Positions 29,323 to 39,042 are shown, numbered from the stretch's first letter. The stretch is DNA of 64,000 bases from Kiritimatiellia bacterium (GCA_050950285.1 JBMNHG010000004.1:1-64000), one strand, 5' to 3'. Numbers and translations: made by a program. The notes: a model not told the origin generated them from the sequence alone.

Positions 29323-30084
29323 TCACCCCTTCATGCAGAGTCCGCCGTCCACGGAAAGAACCTGGCCGGTGATGTACGCGGCATCGTCCGAGGCGAGGAA
29401 GCGCACGGCGGAGGCGACCTCCTGCGGCGTGCCGAAACGCCCCATCGGCACCCTGGCCAATTGGCGTTCGCGGCGCGCGCCGGCGAGTCCGTCGGTCATG
29501 GGCGTTTCGATGACGCCGGGGGCCACGGCGTTTACGGTCACGCCCGAGTCGGCGAGTTCGCGGGCGGCGCTGCGGACGAGGCCGAGCAGGCCGGCTTTCG
29601 AGGCGCTGTAGGCCGAATGGAGGGCATCGCCCAGAAGCGCGGCGGCCGAGGAGATCACCACGATGCGTCCGGACTTGCGGCGCATCATCGCGCGTGCGGC
29701 AGCCTTCATCAGGCAGAAGACGGAGTCGAGGTTCACGTTCATCGTCTCGCGCCAGTCCTCGAAGCGGGAAAGGGCGAGGAACTGCGTCTTTTGCAACCCC
29801 GCGTTGCAGACGACCACGCCGACGGATCCCAGTGCCGCCTCGGCGTCCGCGAAGAGATCGGCCGCGGCCTCCGGACGGGCGAGGTCGCGGGGCGGGAGCG
29901 CCACGGCGCCGTTGCCCAGGGACTCGGCAAGCGCCCGGGCGAGGTCGATGCCGCCGTGCGAGGCGAGGGCGACGGGATGCCCCGCGGCGTGGAGGGCGCG
30001 GGCGATGGCGGAGCCGATCGCGCCCGAGGCGCCGGTGACCAGCGCGGGCGTGCCCGACGATGGGGTTGGGATTGTTGTTGCCAT
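29323..30084 (-). CDS. fabG: 3-oxoacyl-ACP reductase (FabG-like SDR)
   Basis: TGASGAIG, CNAG, YSASK, VNAVAPG, ITGQVLSVDGG. Confidence 0.85.
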   Translation of the reverse strand: MATTIPTPSSGTPALVTGASGAIGSAIARALHAAGHPVALASHGGIDLARALAESLGNGAVALPPRDLARPEAAADLFADAEAALGSVGVVVCNAGLQKTQFLALSRFEDWRETMNVNLDSVFCLMKAAARAMMRRKSGRIVVISSAAALLGDALHSAYSASKAGLLGLVRSAARELADSGVTVNAVAPGVIETPMTDGLAGARRERQLARVPMGRFGTPQEVASAVRFLASDDAAYITGQVLSVDGGLCMKG

Positions 30085-30091
30085 GCGTACC

Positions 30092-30120
30092 AGTGTAGCG
30101 GCCCCGCAGATTCGATGCCA
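30092..30120 (-). promoter_or_regulatory. Sigma70-like promoter for the fabG operon, probably leaderless
   Basis: TGGCAT-17 bp-TACACT, ending 7 nt before the ATG at 30084; no SD sequence. Confidence 0.45.
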
Positions 30121-30152
30121 TTCCCAATTTGTGTCGGCGCTGGCGGCAGGGC

Positions 30153-30193
30153 AAAAAAAACTTCCCTCCCGCCTCCATGGGGCGGGAAGGAAG
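30153..30193 (-). terminator. Intrinsic terminator of potABCD
   Basis: Minus strand: CTTCCTTCCCGCCCC ATG GAGGCGGGAGGGAAG hairpin followed by T8. Confidence 0.75.
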
Positions 30194-30250
30194 AGAATGG
30201 AAAAGCTCGGGGCGGGCGGCGGAGGTCCGTCGCCCCCTGGCGTGGCGGGG

Positions 30251-31414
30251 TTATTGCGAGGCTTTGATCCGGTCCCAGGCCTTGTTGTAGAGGTCCATGA
30301 CCTCGGGCTGGTCCTCGAAGCCCTTGATGACCTGGCCGTTCGCGAGGGTGGCTTCATCGAGCACGATGAGTTCCCGATAGTCGGGATCGAGCAGTTCGAT
30401 GCCGCCGGCGACGGGGCTCAGGCCGCAGACGTAGTTCATGTTCGCGGCGGCGACTTCGGGATCGTAGAGGTAGTTGATGAAGGCGTAGGCGAGATCCTTG
30501 CGGGAGGCGTTGGAGGCCACGACCAGTTCGTCGAAGGCGATGCAGTAGCCTTCGGCGGGAAGGGCGAAGCCGATGTCGTCGCGCGGGGGGACGCCGGACT
30601 CTTCGTCGCCGACGATGACCTGCGTGGTGTCGGAGGAGTAGCCGTGGCCAAGCCAGGTGGCGCCGGAGGGGACTTCGGTCTTGTAGCTTTCGCCGTCGAA
30701 CTTCCGGACGTTGACGCGCCACTGGAGGATCTGCTCGACGGCCGCGTCGATTTCGGCGGGGTCGGTGGAGTTCATGGAATAGCCGAGGTACATGAGGCCG
30801 GCGCCGATGACCTCGCGGATGTCGTCGAGGAGCGAGATGCGGCCGCGGAGGGCGGGATTGCCGAGGATGGCCCAGCTGGCGGGGTCGGCACCTTCGGGGA
30901 TCTTGTCCTTCACGTAGGCGAAGCCGGTATAGGTGACCACGTAGGGGACATTGTACTCGAAGGAGGGATCGAGAATCTGGCCGGCGAAGGAGGGGGCGAA
31001 GTTGGCGCGCACGTTGGGGATCCTCGCATGGTCGAGGGCGTCGATCATGCCTTCCTTGGCCATGGCCGCGATCTGGTAGGAGGTGGGGGTGATGAGGTCG
31101 TAGCCGGTTCCGCCGGCCTTGAGCTTGGCGTACATGGCTTCGTTCGAGTCGAACGTGTCGATCACGACGGTGACGCCGAGGCCTTTTTCGAAGCCCTGGA
31201 GGATTTCCGGAGCGATGTAGTCGCACCAGGTGTAGATGTGCAGCGTGCCGCCGTCGCCGCCGTCGGGGGGATGGAATCCGCTGGCCTCGGCTGCGGCGAG
31301 GGCTTGGGCGGAGAGGTCGGTTCCCGGCTCGGTTCCGCCTTGCCGCGCGCAACCGGCGAGGAGGAGGGCGGTGGCCGCGAGGGCGGTGGGGAGGGTGTGG
31401 CGCAGGAGTGTCAT
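30251..31414 (-). CDS. potD: Spermidine/putrescine ABC transporter substrate-binding lipoprotein
   Basis: Lipobox LLAGC; YTWCDYI, FDSNEAMYAKL, GYDLITPT, LDDIRE, AYAFINYL. Confidence 0.9.
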   Translation of the reverse strand: MTLLRHTLPTALAATALLLAGCARQGGTEPGTDLSAQALAAAEASGFHPPDGGDGGTLHIYTWCDYIAPEILQGFEKGLGVTVVIDTFDSNEAMYAKLKAGGTGYDLITPTSYQIAAMAKEGMIDALDHARIPNVRANFAPSFAGQILDPSFEYNVPYVVTYTGFAYVKDKIPEGADPASWAILGNPALRGRISLLDDIREVIGAGLMYLGYSMNSTDPAEIDAAVEQILQWRVNVRKFDGESYKTEVPSGATWLGHGYSSDTTQVIVGDEESGVPPRDDIGFALPAEGYCIAFDELVVASNASRKDLAYAFINYLYDPEVAAANMNYVCGLSPVAGGIELLDPDYRELIVLDEATLANGQVIKGFEDQPEVMDLYNKAWDRIKASQ

Positions 31415-32241
31415 GACGCGTTTCCTTTGGGGGTTGGCTGGGGTTTGCGGGTGAGGAGTTTCGAGATCCCTGCGATGGCGCAGGTGAAGAGGAGCATGAG
31501 GGTGGAGAGGGCGAAGACCGAGGGGAGTTCGCGGGAGTGCTTCACCATCGAGCTCACGTAGGTGGGGAAGGTGTTGGTTCCGGCGCCGTTGACGAACGAG
31601 GTGATGACGACGTCGTCGATGGAGAGGGTGAAGGCGAGGAGGCCGCCGGCGACGATACCGGGCATGAGGATGGGGAGCTTGACCTTGAAGAAGGCGTACA
31701 AGGGGCTTGCGCCGAGGTCATAGGCGGCCTCGATGAGGTTGTAGTCGAAGTCCTGGAGGCGCGCCAGGACGGTCATCGCCACATACGAGACGCAGAAGGT
31801 GATGTGGGCGATCAGGATGGTCCAGAAGCCGCAGGCGACCTTCATGGCCACGAAGAGCATGAGGAGCGAGATGCCGATGAGGATGTCGGGCATGACGAGC
31901 GGGGTGTAGACGAGGGCGTGGTGGACGGTCTGGAGGCGACTGCGCCAGCGGTGGAGGGCGAGGGCCGAGGTGGTGCCGATCACGCACGAGACCAAGGTGG
32001 AGAGGCCGGCGATCTTGAGGGAGAGCCAGAAGCTCTGCATGAGATTTTTCACGGCGTAGTCGCCCCGGAAGATCCGGGCGTACCACTTGCCGGTGAAGCC
32101 CATGAACTCGCCGTTGGCGTCGAGGAAGCTCATCGTGATGCCGTTCGGGATGAAGCCGTAGGCCACCACGTACAGGATGGGCACGTAGAGGAAGACGAGG
32201 ACGAGGCCCAGGACGACGATGGGGGTGAAGGAACGTCGCAT
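31411..32241 (-). CDS. potC: Spermidine/putrescine ABC transporter permease
   Basis: FLYVPI, PLVMPDILIGISLL, IAHITF, IEAAYDLGA, FTLSIDD. Confidence 0.9.
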   Translation of the reverse strand: MRRSFTPIVVLGLVLVFLYVPILYVVAYGFIPNGITMSFLDANGEFMGFTGKWYARIFRGDYAVKNLMQSFWLSLKIAGLSTLVSCVIGTTSALALHRWRSRLQTVHHALVYTPLVMPDILIGISLLMLFVAMKVACGFWTILIAHITFCVSYVAMTVLARLQDFDYNLIEAAYDLGASPLYAFFKVKLPILMPGIVAGGLLAFTLSIDDVVITSFVNGAGTNTFPTYVSSMVKHSRELPSVFALSTLMLLFTCAIAGISKLLTRKPQPTPKGNAS

Positions 32242-33239
32242 CAGGAGGCCCCCGTTCCGGTGATGATGAGTTGCGCCGTCGTTCGTTCGAGCTGCTTGCG
32301 TTCGCGGGCGTCCTGCCGCTTCTTCCATGCCATCGAGGCGGCGAGGGGCACGAGGACCGACACCGCCATCATCGTGGCGAGGGCGGAGGCATGGGGGATG
32401 TTGCGGTTCTGGATGGCGCGCATGAAGATCTTCTGGCCGATGAGCACGCAGTTCTTCCCGCCGAGCATCTGCGGCACCACGTAGGAGCCGACCGCCGGGA
32501 TGAAGACCATCAAAATGGCGGAGACGATGCCCTGCCGGATGCCGGGGATGAAGATCTTCCGGAAGGCGTAGAAGCCGCGCGCCCCGAGGTCGCGCGCAGC
32601 CTCCATCAGCGAGAAGTCGAACTTTTCCGCGGCCGTGTAGATGGGCATGATGGCGAAGGGGAGGAAGGAATAGACCGAGACGAGCACCACGGCGGCTTCG
32701 CTGTCCAGCAGGAACGCCGCGGCGGGGTCGACGGGCTCGGCGGAGGCGAGGCGGCAGGTCACGAGGAAATCCCGGAGGAAGACGGGCAGGCGAAGGAAGA
32801 CCCATTCGCGGGAGAGAAGCCACGTCCGATAGCAGGCCTGCACCCAGCCATCCGGATGCACCATTGTCTTCCACGCGAAGACACGCACCACGAAACTGGT
32901 CCAGAAGGGCAGCATGATGGCGCCGGCGACGATGTTCCGCCACTTCGAGTTCATGCGGGCGATGGCGTAGGCGCAGGGGAGCGCGAGCAGGATGCACCAG
33001 AAGGTCACCTTGAGCGAGACGCGCAGCGTGGTGAGGGCGATCGACGGATAGTCGGGATCGGCCATCGCCCGCCAGGTCGAGAGGCTCCACTCGCCGACGC
33101 CGCCGTTGGGGGTGTGGCCGTGGAAGGTGAAGGCGAGCACGATCAGCGTGGGGAGGGCGAAGAAGACCATCAGCCACGCGAACGACGGGAGGGTCACCCC
33201 CCATTCGGCAAACTTCGAGCTGCGGTTCTTCATCGTCAT
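32241..33239 (-). CDS. potB: Spermidine/putrescine ABC transporter permease
   Basis: LPFWTSFVVRVFAW, YSFLPFAIMPIY, EAARDLGA, VFIPAVG. Confidence 0.9.
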   Translation of the reverse strand: MTMKNRSSKFAEWGVTLPSFAWLMVFFALPTLIVLAFTFHGHTPNGGVGEWSLSTWRAMADPDYPSIALTTLRVSLKVTFWCILLALPCAYAIARMNSKWRNIVAGAIMLPFWTSFVVRVFAWKTMVHPDGWVQACYRTWLLSREWVFLRLPVFLRDFLVTCRLASAEPVDPAAAFLLDSEAAVVLVSVYSFLPFAIMPIYTAAEKFDFSLMEAARDLGARGFYAFRKIFIPGIRQGIVSAILMVFIPAVGSYVVPQMLGGKNCVLIGQKIFMRAIQNRNIPHASALATMMAVSVLVPLAASMAWKKRQDARERKQLERTTAQLIITGTGAS

Positions 33240-34390
33240 TCCTCCGACAGGGCTTTCGGCTGCGGGGGGAGTTGGATGAGGGAGGCGTCGATGGCGGAGA
33301 AGGTCTCGAGCATGTAGCCGTCGTCCGGATGCCACCACACGTAGACATTGTCCTCCCATGTGATGGATTCCTGGTCGAGCAGGAAGCGCGAGTGGGGCTT
33401 GAGGGCCAAGATGGATCGGTCGCCGGATTTGAGCCAGTATTTCGTGTAGACGCCCTGGTAGATGATGTCCGTGACGCTGGCCTGGAAGACGTTCGGGTGC
33501 TCGTCGGAGGGAGGCGGGTTGAGCGTCACGCGGATCTTCTCGGGCCGCACGGACAGGTGCACCTTCTGGCCCACGCCGAGGTTCTTGTCGATGTAGGCGC
33601 GGATCCTCGGGAAGCCGGTGGGCTCGATGGTGCAGTAGTCTCCCTCGATGGAGACAATCTCCCCTTCGAAGAAATTGGTGTCGCCGATGAAGGCGGCGAC
33701 GAACGAGGAGACGGGGGCCTCGTAGATTTTGGCGGGGCTGTCGAGTTGTTCGATGCGTCCCTTGTTCATCACGGCGATGCGGTCCGAGAGCGACATGGCC
33801 TCGCCTTGGTCGTGGGTGATGTAGATGAAGGTGATGCCCACCTGGTCGTGGATGGTGTCGAGTTCCAGCAGCATGTGCTGGCGGAGCTTGAGGTCGAGGG
33901 CGGCGAGAGGCTCGTCGAGCAGGAGCACTTGCGGGCGGTCGATGAGGGCGCGGGCGATGGCCACGCGCTGCTTCTGCCCGCCGCTGATCATGGCGGGGAA
34001 CTTGTGGGCGTGCTCCGTCATGCGGATCATCTCCAGCATCTGCTCCACGCGGCGCTTGATGTCGGCGGAGGCGCAACGCTGGAGGCGGAGGCTGAAGGCG
34101 ATGTTGTCCCACACCGTCATGTGCGGGAAGAGGGCGTAGTTCTGGAAGACGGTGTGGACGCGCCGGCGGTTCGGGGGGAGGCGCGTGATGTCCTGCCCGT
34201 CCAGGATGACGCTCCCGGTGTCGGGTTTCTCGAACCCGGCCAGGATGCGGAGCAGGGTGGTCTTCCCGCAGCCGCTCGGGCCGAGGAGCGAGAAGAATTC
34301 ACCGCGTTTTACGGAGAGGGAGACGTCGTTGACGGCATGGAGTGCCCCGAAGCGCTTCGTCACGCCATTGAAGACAAGGAAATCATCCAC
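33236..34390 (-). CDS. potA: Spermidine/putrescine ABC transporter ATP-binding protein
   Basis: Walker A GPSGCGKT, FQNYALFPH, SGGQKQR, LLDEP, THDQ; TOBE-like C-terminus; GTG start. Confidence 0.92.
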   Translation of the reverse strand: MDDFLVFNGVTKRFGALHAVNDVSLSVKRGEFFSLLGPSGCGKTTLLRILAGFEKPDTGSVILDGQDITRLPPNRRRVHTVFQNYALFPHMTVWDNIAFSLRLQRCASADIKRRVEQMLEMIRMTEHAHKFPAMISGGQKQRVAIARALIDRPQVLLLDEPLAALDLKLRQHMLLELDTIHDQVGITFIYITHDQGEAMSLSDRIAVMNKGRIEQLDSPAKIYEAPVSSFVAAFIGDTNFFEGEIVSIEGDYCTIEPTGFPRIRAYIDKNLGVGQKVHLSVRPEKIRVTLNPPPSDEHPNVFQASVTDIIYQGVYTKYWLKSGDRSILALKPHSRFLLDQESITWEDNVYVWWHPDDGYMLETFSAIDASLIQLPPQPKALSEE

Positions 34391-34454
34391 TTCACAAACT
34401 TCCTTGGCGCCACCACGGGGTTACCTGGTTCCGATTGGGCGCGTGAGGAGGCGC

Positions 34455-34483
34455 ATGATGGGGTACCCACCCCCCGATGTCAA
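34455..34483 (-). promoter_or_regulatory. Sigma70-like promoter for potABCD
   Basis: TTGACA-17 bp-CATCAT. Confidence 0.55.
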
Positions 34484-34763
34484 CTGGTTTTTCAACTCTT
34501 GGGAACCTTCCCGCCGGGTGGCGTCGAACGGTCGGTCCAGGCAGAGGGTACGACGATCTTTCGGGCGAGGTCCGGATGGATGGGGCGAGTTCGCGGAGCG
34601 GCGGCCTGGGACTTCGGCGGTGCGCCCGGAGGCCACGTCAACCTCGTCTTGACGCATCCACCCCGCTTCACCTACCCTGTTCCCGTGAAAGCGCACCTTC
34701 GGGCCGGTCTCAGCGGGCGGAACCCCGCGCCGCCCGAAAGCGGTTTCCGATCACTTCCACTGC

Positions 34764-35711
34764 ATGAGAAAACAAGGAATCGCCGTTGTCGCGGTTGGCG
34801 GCAACGCATTGATCAAGCATAAGACCCGCCAAACCATCCAGGATCAATATGATTGTGTAGAAGACACGATCGTTCACATCGTGGACATGATTGAAAACGG
34901 CTGGGACGTGGTTGTCACCCATGGCAATGGCCCCCAGGTCGGCTTTAATTTGCGCCGCTCCGAACTGGCCAAGACAGCCCTGCATGAAGTCCCGCTGGAC
35001 TACTGCGGCGCGAACACCCAGGGCAACATCGGGTACATGCTCCAAAGGGCTTTGCACAACGAATTCAAGCGCCGCGGGATCCACAAAGACGCGATAACGG
35101 TCGTCACGCAGACGGTGGTTGACGAGCACGATCCGGCATTTGGCCATCCGTCCAAGCCCATCGGCAGTTTCATGGGGGAGCGCGAGGCCAAATCCCGCCA
35201 GGCCAAGGACGGCTGGACCGTCGTGGAAGATGCCGGCCGCGGATGGCGCAGGGTCGTGCCCTCGCCACGCCCGGTTTCGATCGTCGAAGCGGAAGCAATC
35301 CACGACCTGATCAAGGCCGGTTTTACCGTGATCGGCGTGGGCGGCGGCGGCATCCCCGTGATCGAGCGCGAGGATGGCACGCTGACCGGCATCGAGGCCG
35401 TGATCGACAAGGATTTCGGCTCGTCCTTGCTGGCGAAATTGATTGGCGCGGATTTGTTTTTGATCAGTACCGCAGTCGAAAAGGTGGCTCTCGACTTCAA
35501 TACACCGGATCCAAAGTGGTTGGATCGGATGACCGTCGCAGAAGCCAGGCAGCACGTTTCGGAGGGGCATTTTGCGTCCGGAAGCATGCTTCCAAAGATC
35601 CAGGCATGCATCCAATTCATCGAGAATGGCGGCCGGAAGGCCTTGATTACCGATCCCGAACATATCCGCGACGCCCTGGAAGGCAAGACAGGCACCTGGA
35701 TAGTCCCCTGA
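34764..35711 (+). CDS. arcC: Carbamate kinase
   Basis: VGGNAL, THGNGPQVG, TQGNIGY, PSKPIG, GWRRVVPSP, GGGGIPV, EAVIDKD, GSMLPKI. Confidence 0.95.
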   Translation: MRKQGIAVVAVGGNALIKHKTRQTIQDQYDCVEDTIVHIVDMIENGWDVVVTHGNGPQVGFNLRRSELAKTALHEVPLDYCGANTQGNIGYMLQRALHNEFKRRGIHKDAITVVTQTVVDEHDPAFGHPSKPIGSFMGEREAKSRQAKDGWTVVEDAGRGWRRVVPSPRPVSIVEAEAIHDLIKAGFTVIGVGGGGIPVIEREDGTLTGIEAVIDKDFGSSLLAKLIGADLFLISTAVEKVALDFNTPDPKWLDRMTVAEARQHVSEGHFASGSMLPKIQACIQFIENGGRKALITDPEHIRDALEGKTGTWIVP

Positions 35712-35781
35712 TCCAATCGCAGGCTGACGCAACGCGCTCCCCGCCTCCGGGGGAAAAGACCTCGCGCGCGGGAAACGGGCC

Positions 35782-35790
35782 TGCTATACT
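35782..35790 (+). promoter_or_regulatory. Extended -10 promoter for carB
   Basis: TGcTATACT, 30 nt upstream of the ATG. Confidence 0.4.
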
Positions 35791-35820
35791 TCGCCGGAAT
35801 TTTTTCCCCAGGGAGCCTCC

Positions 35821-38800
35821 ATGCAGAAGAAGATACTCATCATCGGGTCCGGTCCCATCGTGATCGGCCAGGCATGCGAGTTCGACTATTCCGGGACGCA
35901 GGCCTGCAAGGCCCTCCGCGCGTGCGGCCACAAGGTGGTGCTCGCGAACTCGAACCCCGCCACCATCATGACCGACCCCGTGATGGCGGACGCCACCTAC
36001 ATCGAGCCGCTCAACGCGGAGCGTCTCGAGCAGATCATCGCCAAAGAGCGGCCCGACGCGATTCTTCCGAACCTCGGGGGGCAGACCGGCCTGAACCTCT
36101 CGATGGAGCTTTCGAAGAAGGGCGTGCTCGACCGCTACGGCGTGGAGGTCATCGGCGTGAACCTCGACGCCATCGAGCGCGGCGAGGACCGCGAGGTCTT
36201 CAAGGAGACGATGCGGAAGCTCGGCATCGACACGCCCCGGAGCGGCATCGTCCGTTCGGTCGAAGAGGCGAAGGCGCTCGTCCTCGGCGAAATCGGCTTC
36301 CCGGTGGTCGTGCGGCCGGCCTACACGATGGGCGGTTCCGGCGGCGGATTCTGCTACAACGTGGAAGAGCTCGAGACCGTTTGCGCCCGCGGGCTGGACG
36401 CTTCGCCCGTCCGCCAGTGCCTCGTCGAGGAGTCGATCCTCCACTGGGAGGAGCTCGAGGTCGAAGTCGTGCGCGACGCGAAGAACCAGATGGTGCCGGT
36501 GTGCTTCATCGAGAACATCGACGCCGTGGGCGTGCATACGGGCGACAGCTTCTGCGCCGCGCCGTTCCTCACCGTCCCGAAGGAGCTCGAGGAGCGTCTC
36601 ACGCGCGACGCCTTCAAAATCGTCGAAGCCATCGGGGTCATCGGCGGCTGCAACGTGCAGTGGGCCCACGATCCCAAGACGGGCCGCACCGTCATCATCG
36701 AGATCAACCCCCGCACGTCGCGATCCTCCGCCCTCGCCTCGAAGGCGACCGGCTTCCCCGTCGCGCTCGTCTCCGCGAAGCTCGCCGCCGGCATGACGCT
36801 CGACGAAATGCCCTACTGGCGCGATGGCACGCTCGAGAAGTACACGCCATCCGGCGACTACATCGTGCTCAAGTTCCCCCGCTGGGCCTTTGAGAAGTTC
36901 CGCGCCGTCGAGGACCGTCTCGGCACGCAGATGAAGGCCGTGGGCGAGGTGATGTCCATCGGCAAAACCTACAAGGAGACCTTCCAGAAGGCCATCCGCG
37001 CCCTCGAGAACGGACGCGCGGGGCTGGGCTTTGCAAAGGACTTCCACGAGCGCTCCCTCGACGAGCTGCTGAAGCTGCTCGCCACCGCGAGTTCGGAGCG
37101 CCACTTCCAGATGTACGAGGCCATCCGCAAGGGCGCCACGAACGAACAGCTCGCGCGCCTCACCGGCGTGAAGGACTATTTCATCCAGCAAATGCGCGAG
37201 CTCGTCGAGGAGGAGGAGCGGCTCCTCCGGCATGTCGGCCGCCTGCCGCCGGACGACGAGCTCGTGCAGGCGAAGAAGGACGGCTTCAGCGACAAGTACC
37301 TCGCCCGGATCCTCCGGATTCCGGAGACGGCCGTGCGCGAGCGCCGCACCGCCCTCGGATGCGTCGGGACGTGGCACGCCGTGCCGGTTTCCGGCGTCGA
37401 GAACCAGGCCTACTACTACAGCTCCTACAACGGGGAACCGGGGGAGGTGCCCGTCTCGTCGAACCCGAAGAAGGTCATGATCCTCGGCGGCGGCCCGAAC
37501 CGCATCGGCCAGGGCATCGAATTCGACTACTGCTGCACCCACGCGGCGATGGCCATGCGCGACGCCGGGTACGAGACCATCATGGTCAACTGCAACCCCG
37601 AAACGGTCTCGACCGACTACGACACCTCCGACAAGCTTTACTTCGAGCCCGTGACGGTCGAAGACGTCCTGCCGATCTACCAGGCGGAAAAGCCCGAAGG
37701 CATCATCGTCCAGTTCGGCGGACAGACCCCCCTCAACATCGCCCGAAGCCTCCAGGAGGCGGGATGCCGCATCCTCGGCACGCCGGTCGACTCCATCGAC
37801 GCCGCAGAGGATCGCGACCGCTTCCACGCCATCCTGGACCGCCTCGGCATCCCCATGCCCGAATCGCTGGTGGCGAGCGACCTCGACGGCGCGCTCCGGT
37901 GCGCCGGGCAACTCGGCTACCCGCTCATCATCCGCCCCAGCTTCGTGCTCGGCGGGCGCGGCATGGAGGTGATCTACGACGAGCCCATGCTCGAGGAGTA
38001 TGTCGCCAAGGCCGCGGACGCGACCCCCGACCGCCCGCTCTATCTCGACCGCTTCCTCCACCACGCGCTTGAATGCGAGGCCGACGCGCTTTCCGACGGA
38101 ACCGACATCTTCATCCCCGCCGTCATGCAGCACATCGAGCTCGCCGGCATCCACTCCGGCGACTCCGCCTGCGTCCTTCCGCCCGTCTCCATCAGCGAGA
38201 AGAACCGCGAGACCATCCTCGACTACACCCGGCGCATCGCCGCCGAACTGGAGGTCGTGGGCCTCATGAACATGCAGTTCGCCATCGAGGAGGAACCCGG
38301 CTTCCCCGGCGGCAGGGTCTACGTGATCGAAGCCAACCCGCGGGCCTCCCGCACCGTCCCGCTGGTTTCGAAGGTGGCGGGCATCCCCATGGCGCGCCTC
38401 GCCACGCAGCTGATGGTGGGCCGGACCGTGAAATCGCTCGGCCTCGACCACCGCCACGTCGTCCCCTATTTCGGCGTGAAGGAGGCCGTGCTCCCCTTCG
38501 AGAAGTTCCCGGAGGTCGATCCCGTGCTCGGTCCGGAGATGCGCTCCACCGGAGAAGTGCTCGGCCTTGCCAACACCTTCTGTCTCGCCTATTTCAAGAG
38601 CCAGGAGGCTGCGGGCTCCCCGCTGCCGACCGAGCCGGGGCGCGTGCTGGTCTCCCTCTCGGAAAAGCCGGAGGAGGCCGTCCATGCCGTCCAGGGGCTT
38701 GCAAGCCTGGGCTTCGAGATCCTCGGCACCCGCGGCACGGCGGCTTTCCTGCGTGGACACGGCGTGGACGTCGCCGAGATCGCCAAGATCGGCGAAGGCC

Positions 38801-39042
38801 GCCCGGACGTCCTGGACGCCATCAAGAACCGCGAGATCCAGCTGATCGTCAACACGCCGTCCGTGCACCGCGATGCCCGTTCCGACGACTCCCGCATCCG
38901 CCAGGCCGCCATCAAATACCGCGTGCCGTACCTCACCACCCTCGCCGCCGCCCTGGCGGCATCCGAAGGCATCCGCTCCGCGCGCGACGGCCTCGGCTCC
39001 GTGCGCCCGCTTCAATCCTACCACGCCTCCATCCGCAGGTAG
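35821..39042 (+). CDS. carB: Carbamoyl-phosphate synthase large subunit
   Basis: IGSGPIVIGQACEFDYSG, NSNPATIMTD, duplicated ATP-grasp domains, GQGIEFDY, NPETVSTDYD, C-terminal MGS domain. Confidence 0.97.
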   Translation: MQKKILIIGSGPIVIGQACEFDYSGTQACKALRACGHKVVLANSNPATIMTDPVMADATYIEPLNAERLEQIIAKERPDAILPNLGGQTGLNLSMELSKKGVLDRYGVEVIGVNLDAIERGEDREVFKETMRKLGIDTPRSGIVRSVEEAKALVLGEIGFPVVVRPAYTMGGSGGGFCYNVEELETVCARGLDASPVRQCLVEESILHWEELEVEVVRDAKNQMVPVCFIENIDAVGVHTGDSFCAAPFLTVPKELEERLTRDAFKIVEAIGVIGGCNVQWAHDPKTGRTVIIEINPRTSRSSALASKATGFPVALVSAKLAAGMTLDEMPYWRDGTLEKYTPSGDYIVLKFPRWAFEKFRAVEDRLGTQMKAVGEVMSIGKTYKETFQKAIRALENGRAGLGFAKDFHERSLDELLKLLATASSERHFQMYEAIRKGATNEQLARLTGVKDYFIQQMRELVEEEERLLRHVGRLPPDDELVQAKKDGFSDKYLARILRIPETAVRERRTALGCVGTWHAVPVSGVENQAYYYSSYNGEPGEVPVSSNPKKVMILGGGPNRIGQGIEFDYCCTHAAMAMRDAGYETIMVNCNPETVSTDYDTSDKLYFEPVTVEDVLPIYQAEKPEGIIVQFGGQTPLNIARSLQEAGCRILGTPVDSIDAAEDRDRFHAILDRLGIPMPESLVASDLDGALRCAGQLGYPLIIRPSFVLGGRGMEVIYDEPMLEEYVAKAADATPDRPLYLDRFLHHALECEADALSDGTDIFIPAVMQHIELAGIHSGDSACVLPPVSISEKNRETILDYTRRIAAELEVVGLMNMQFAIEEEPGFPGGRVYVIEANPRASRTVPLVSKVAGIPMARLATQLMVGRTVKSLGLDHRHVVPYFGVKEAVLPFEKFPEVDPVLGPEMRSTGEVLGLANTFCLAYFKSQEAAGSPLPTEPGRVLVSLSEKPEEAVHAVQGLASLGFEILGTRGTAAFLRGHGVDVAEIAKIGEGRPDVLDAIKNREIQLIVNTPSVHRDARSDDSRIRQAAIKYRVPYLTTLAAALAASEGIRSARDGLGSVRPLQSYHASIRR

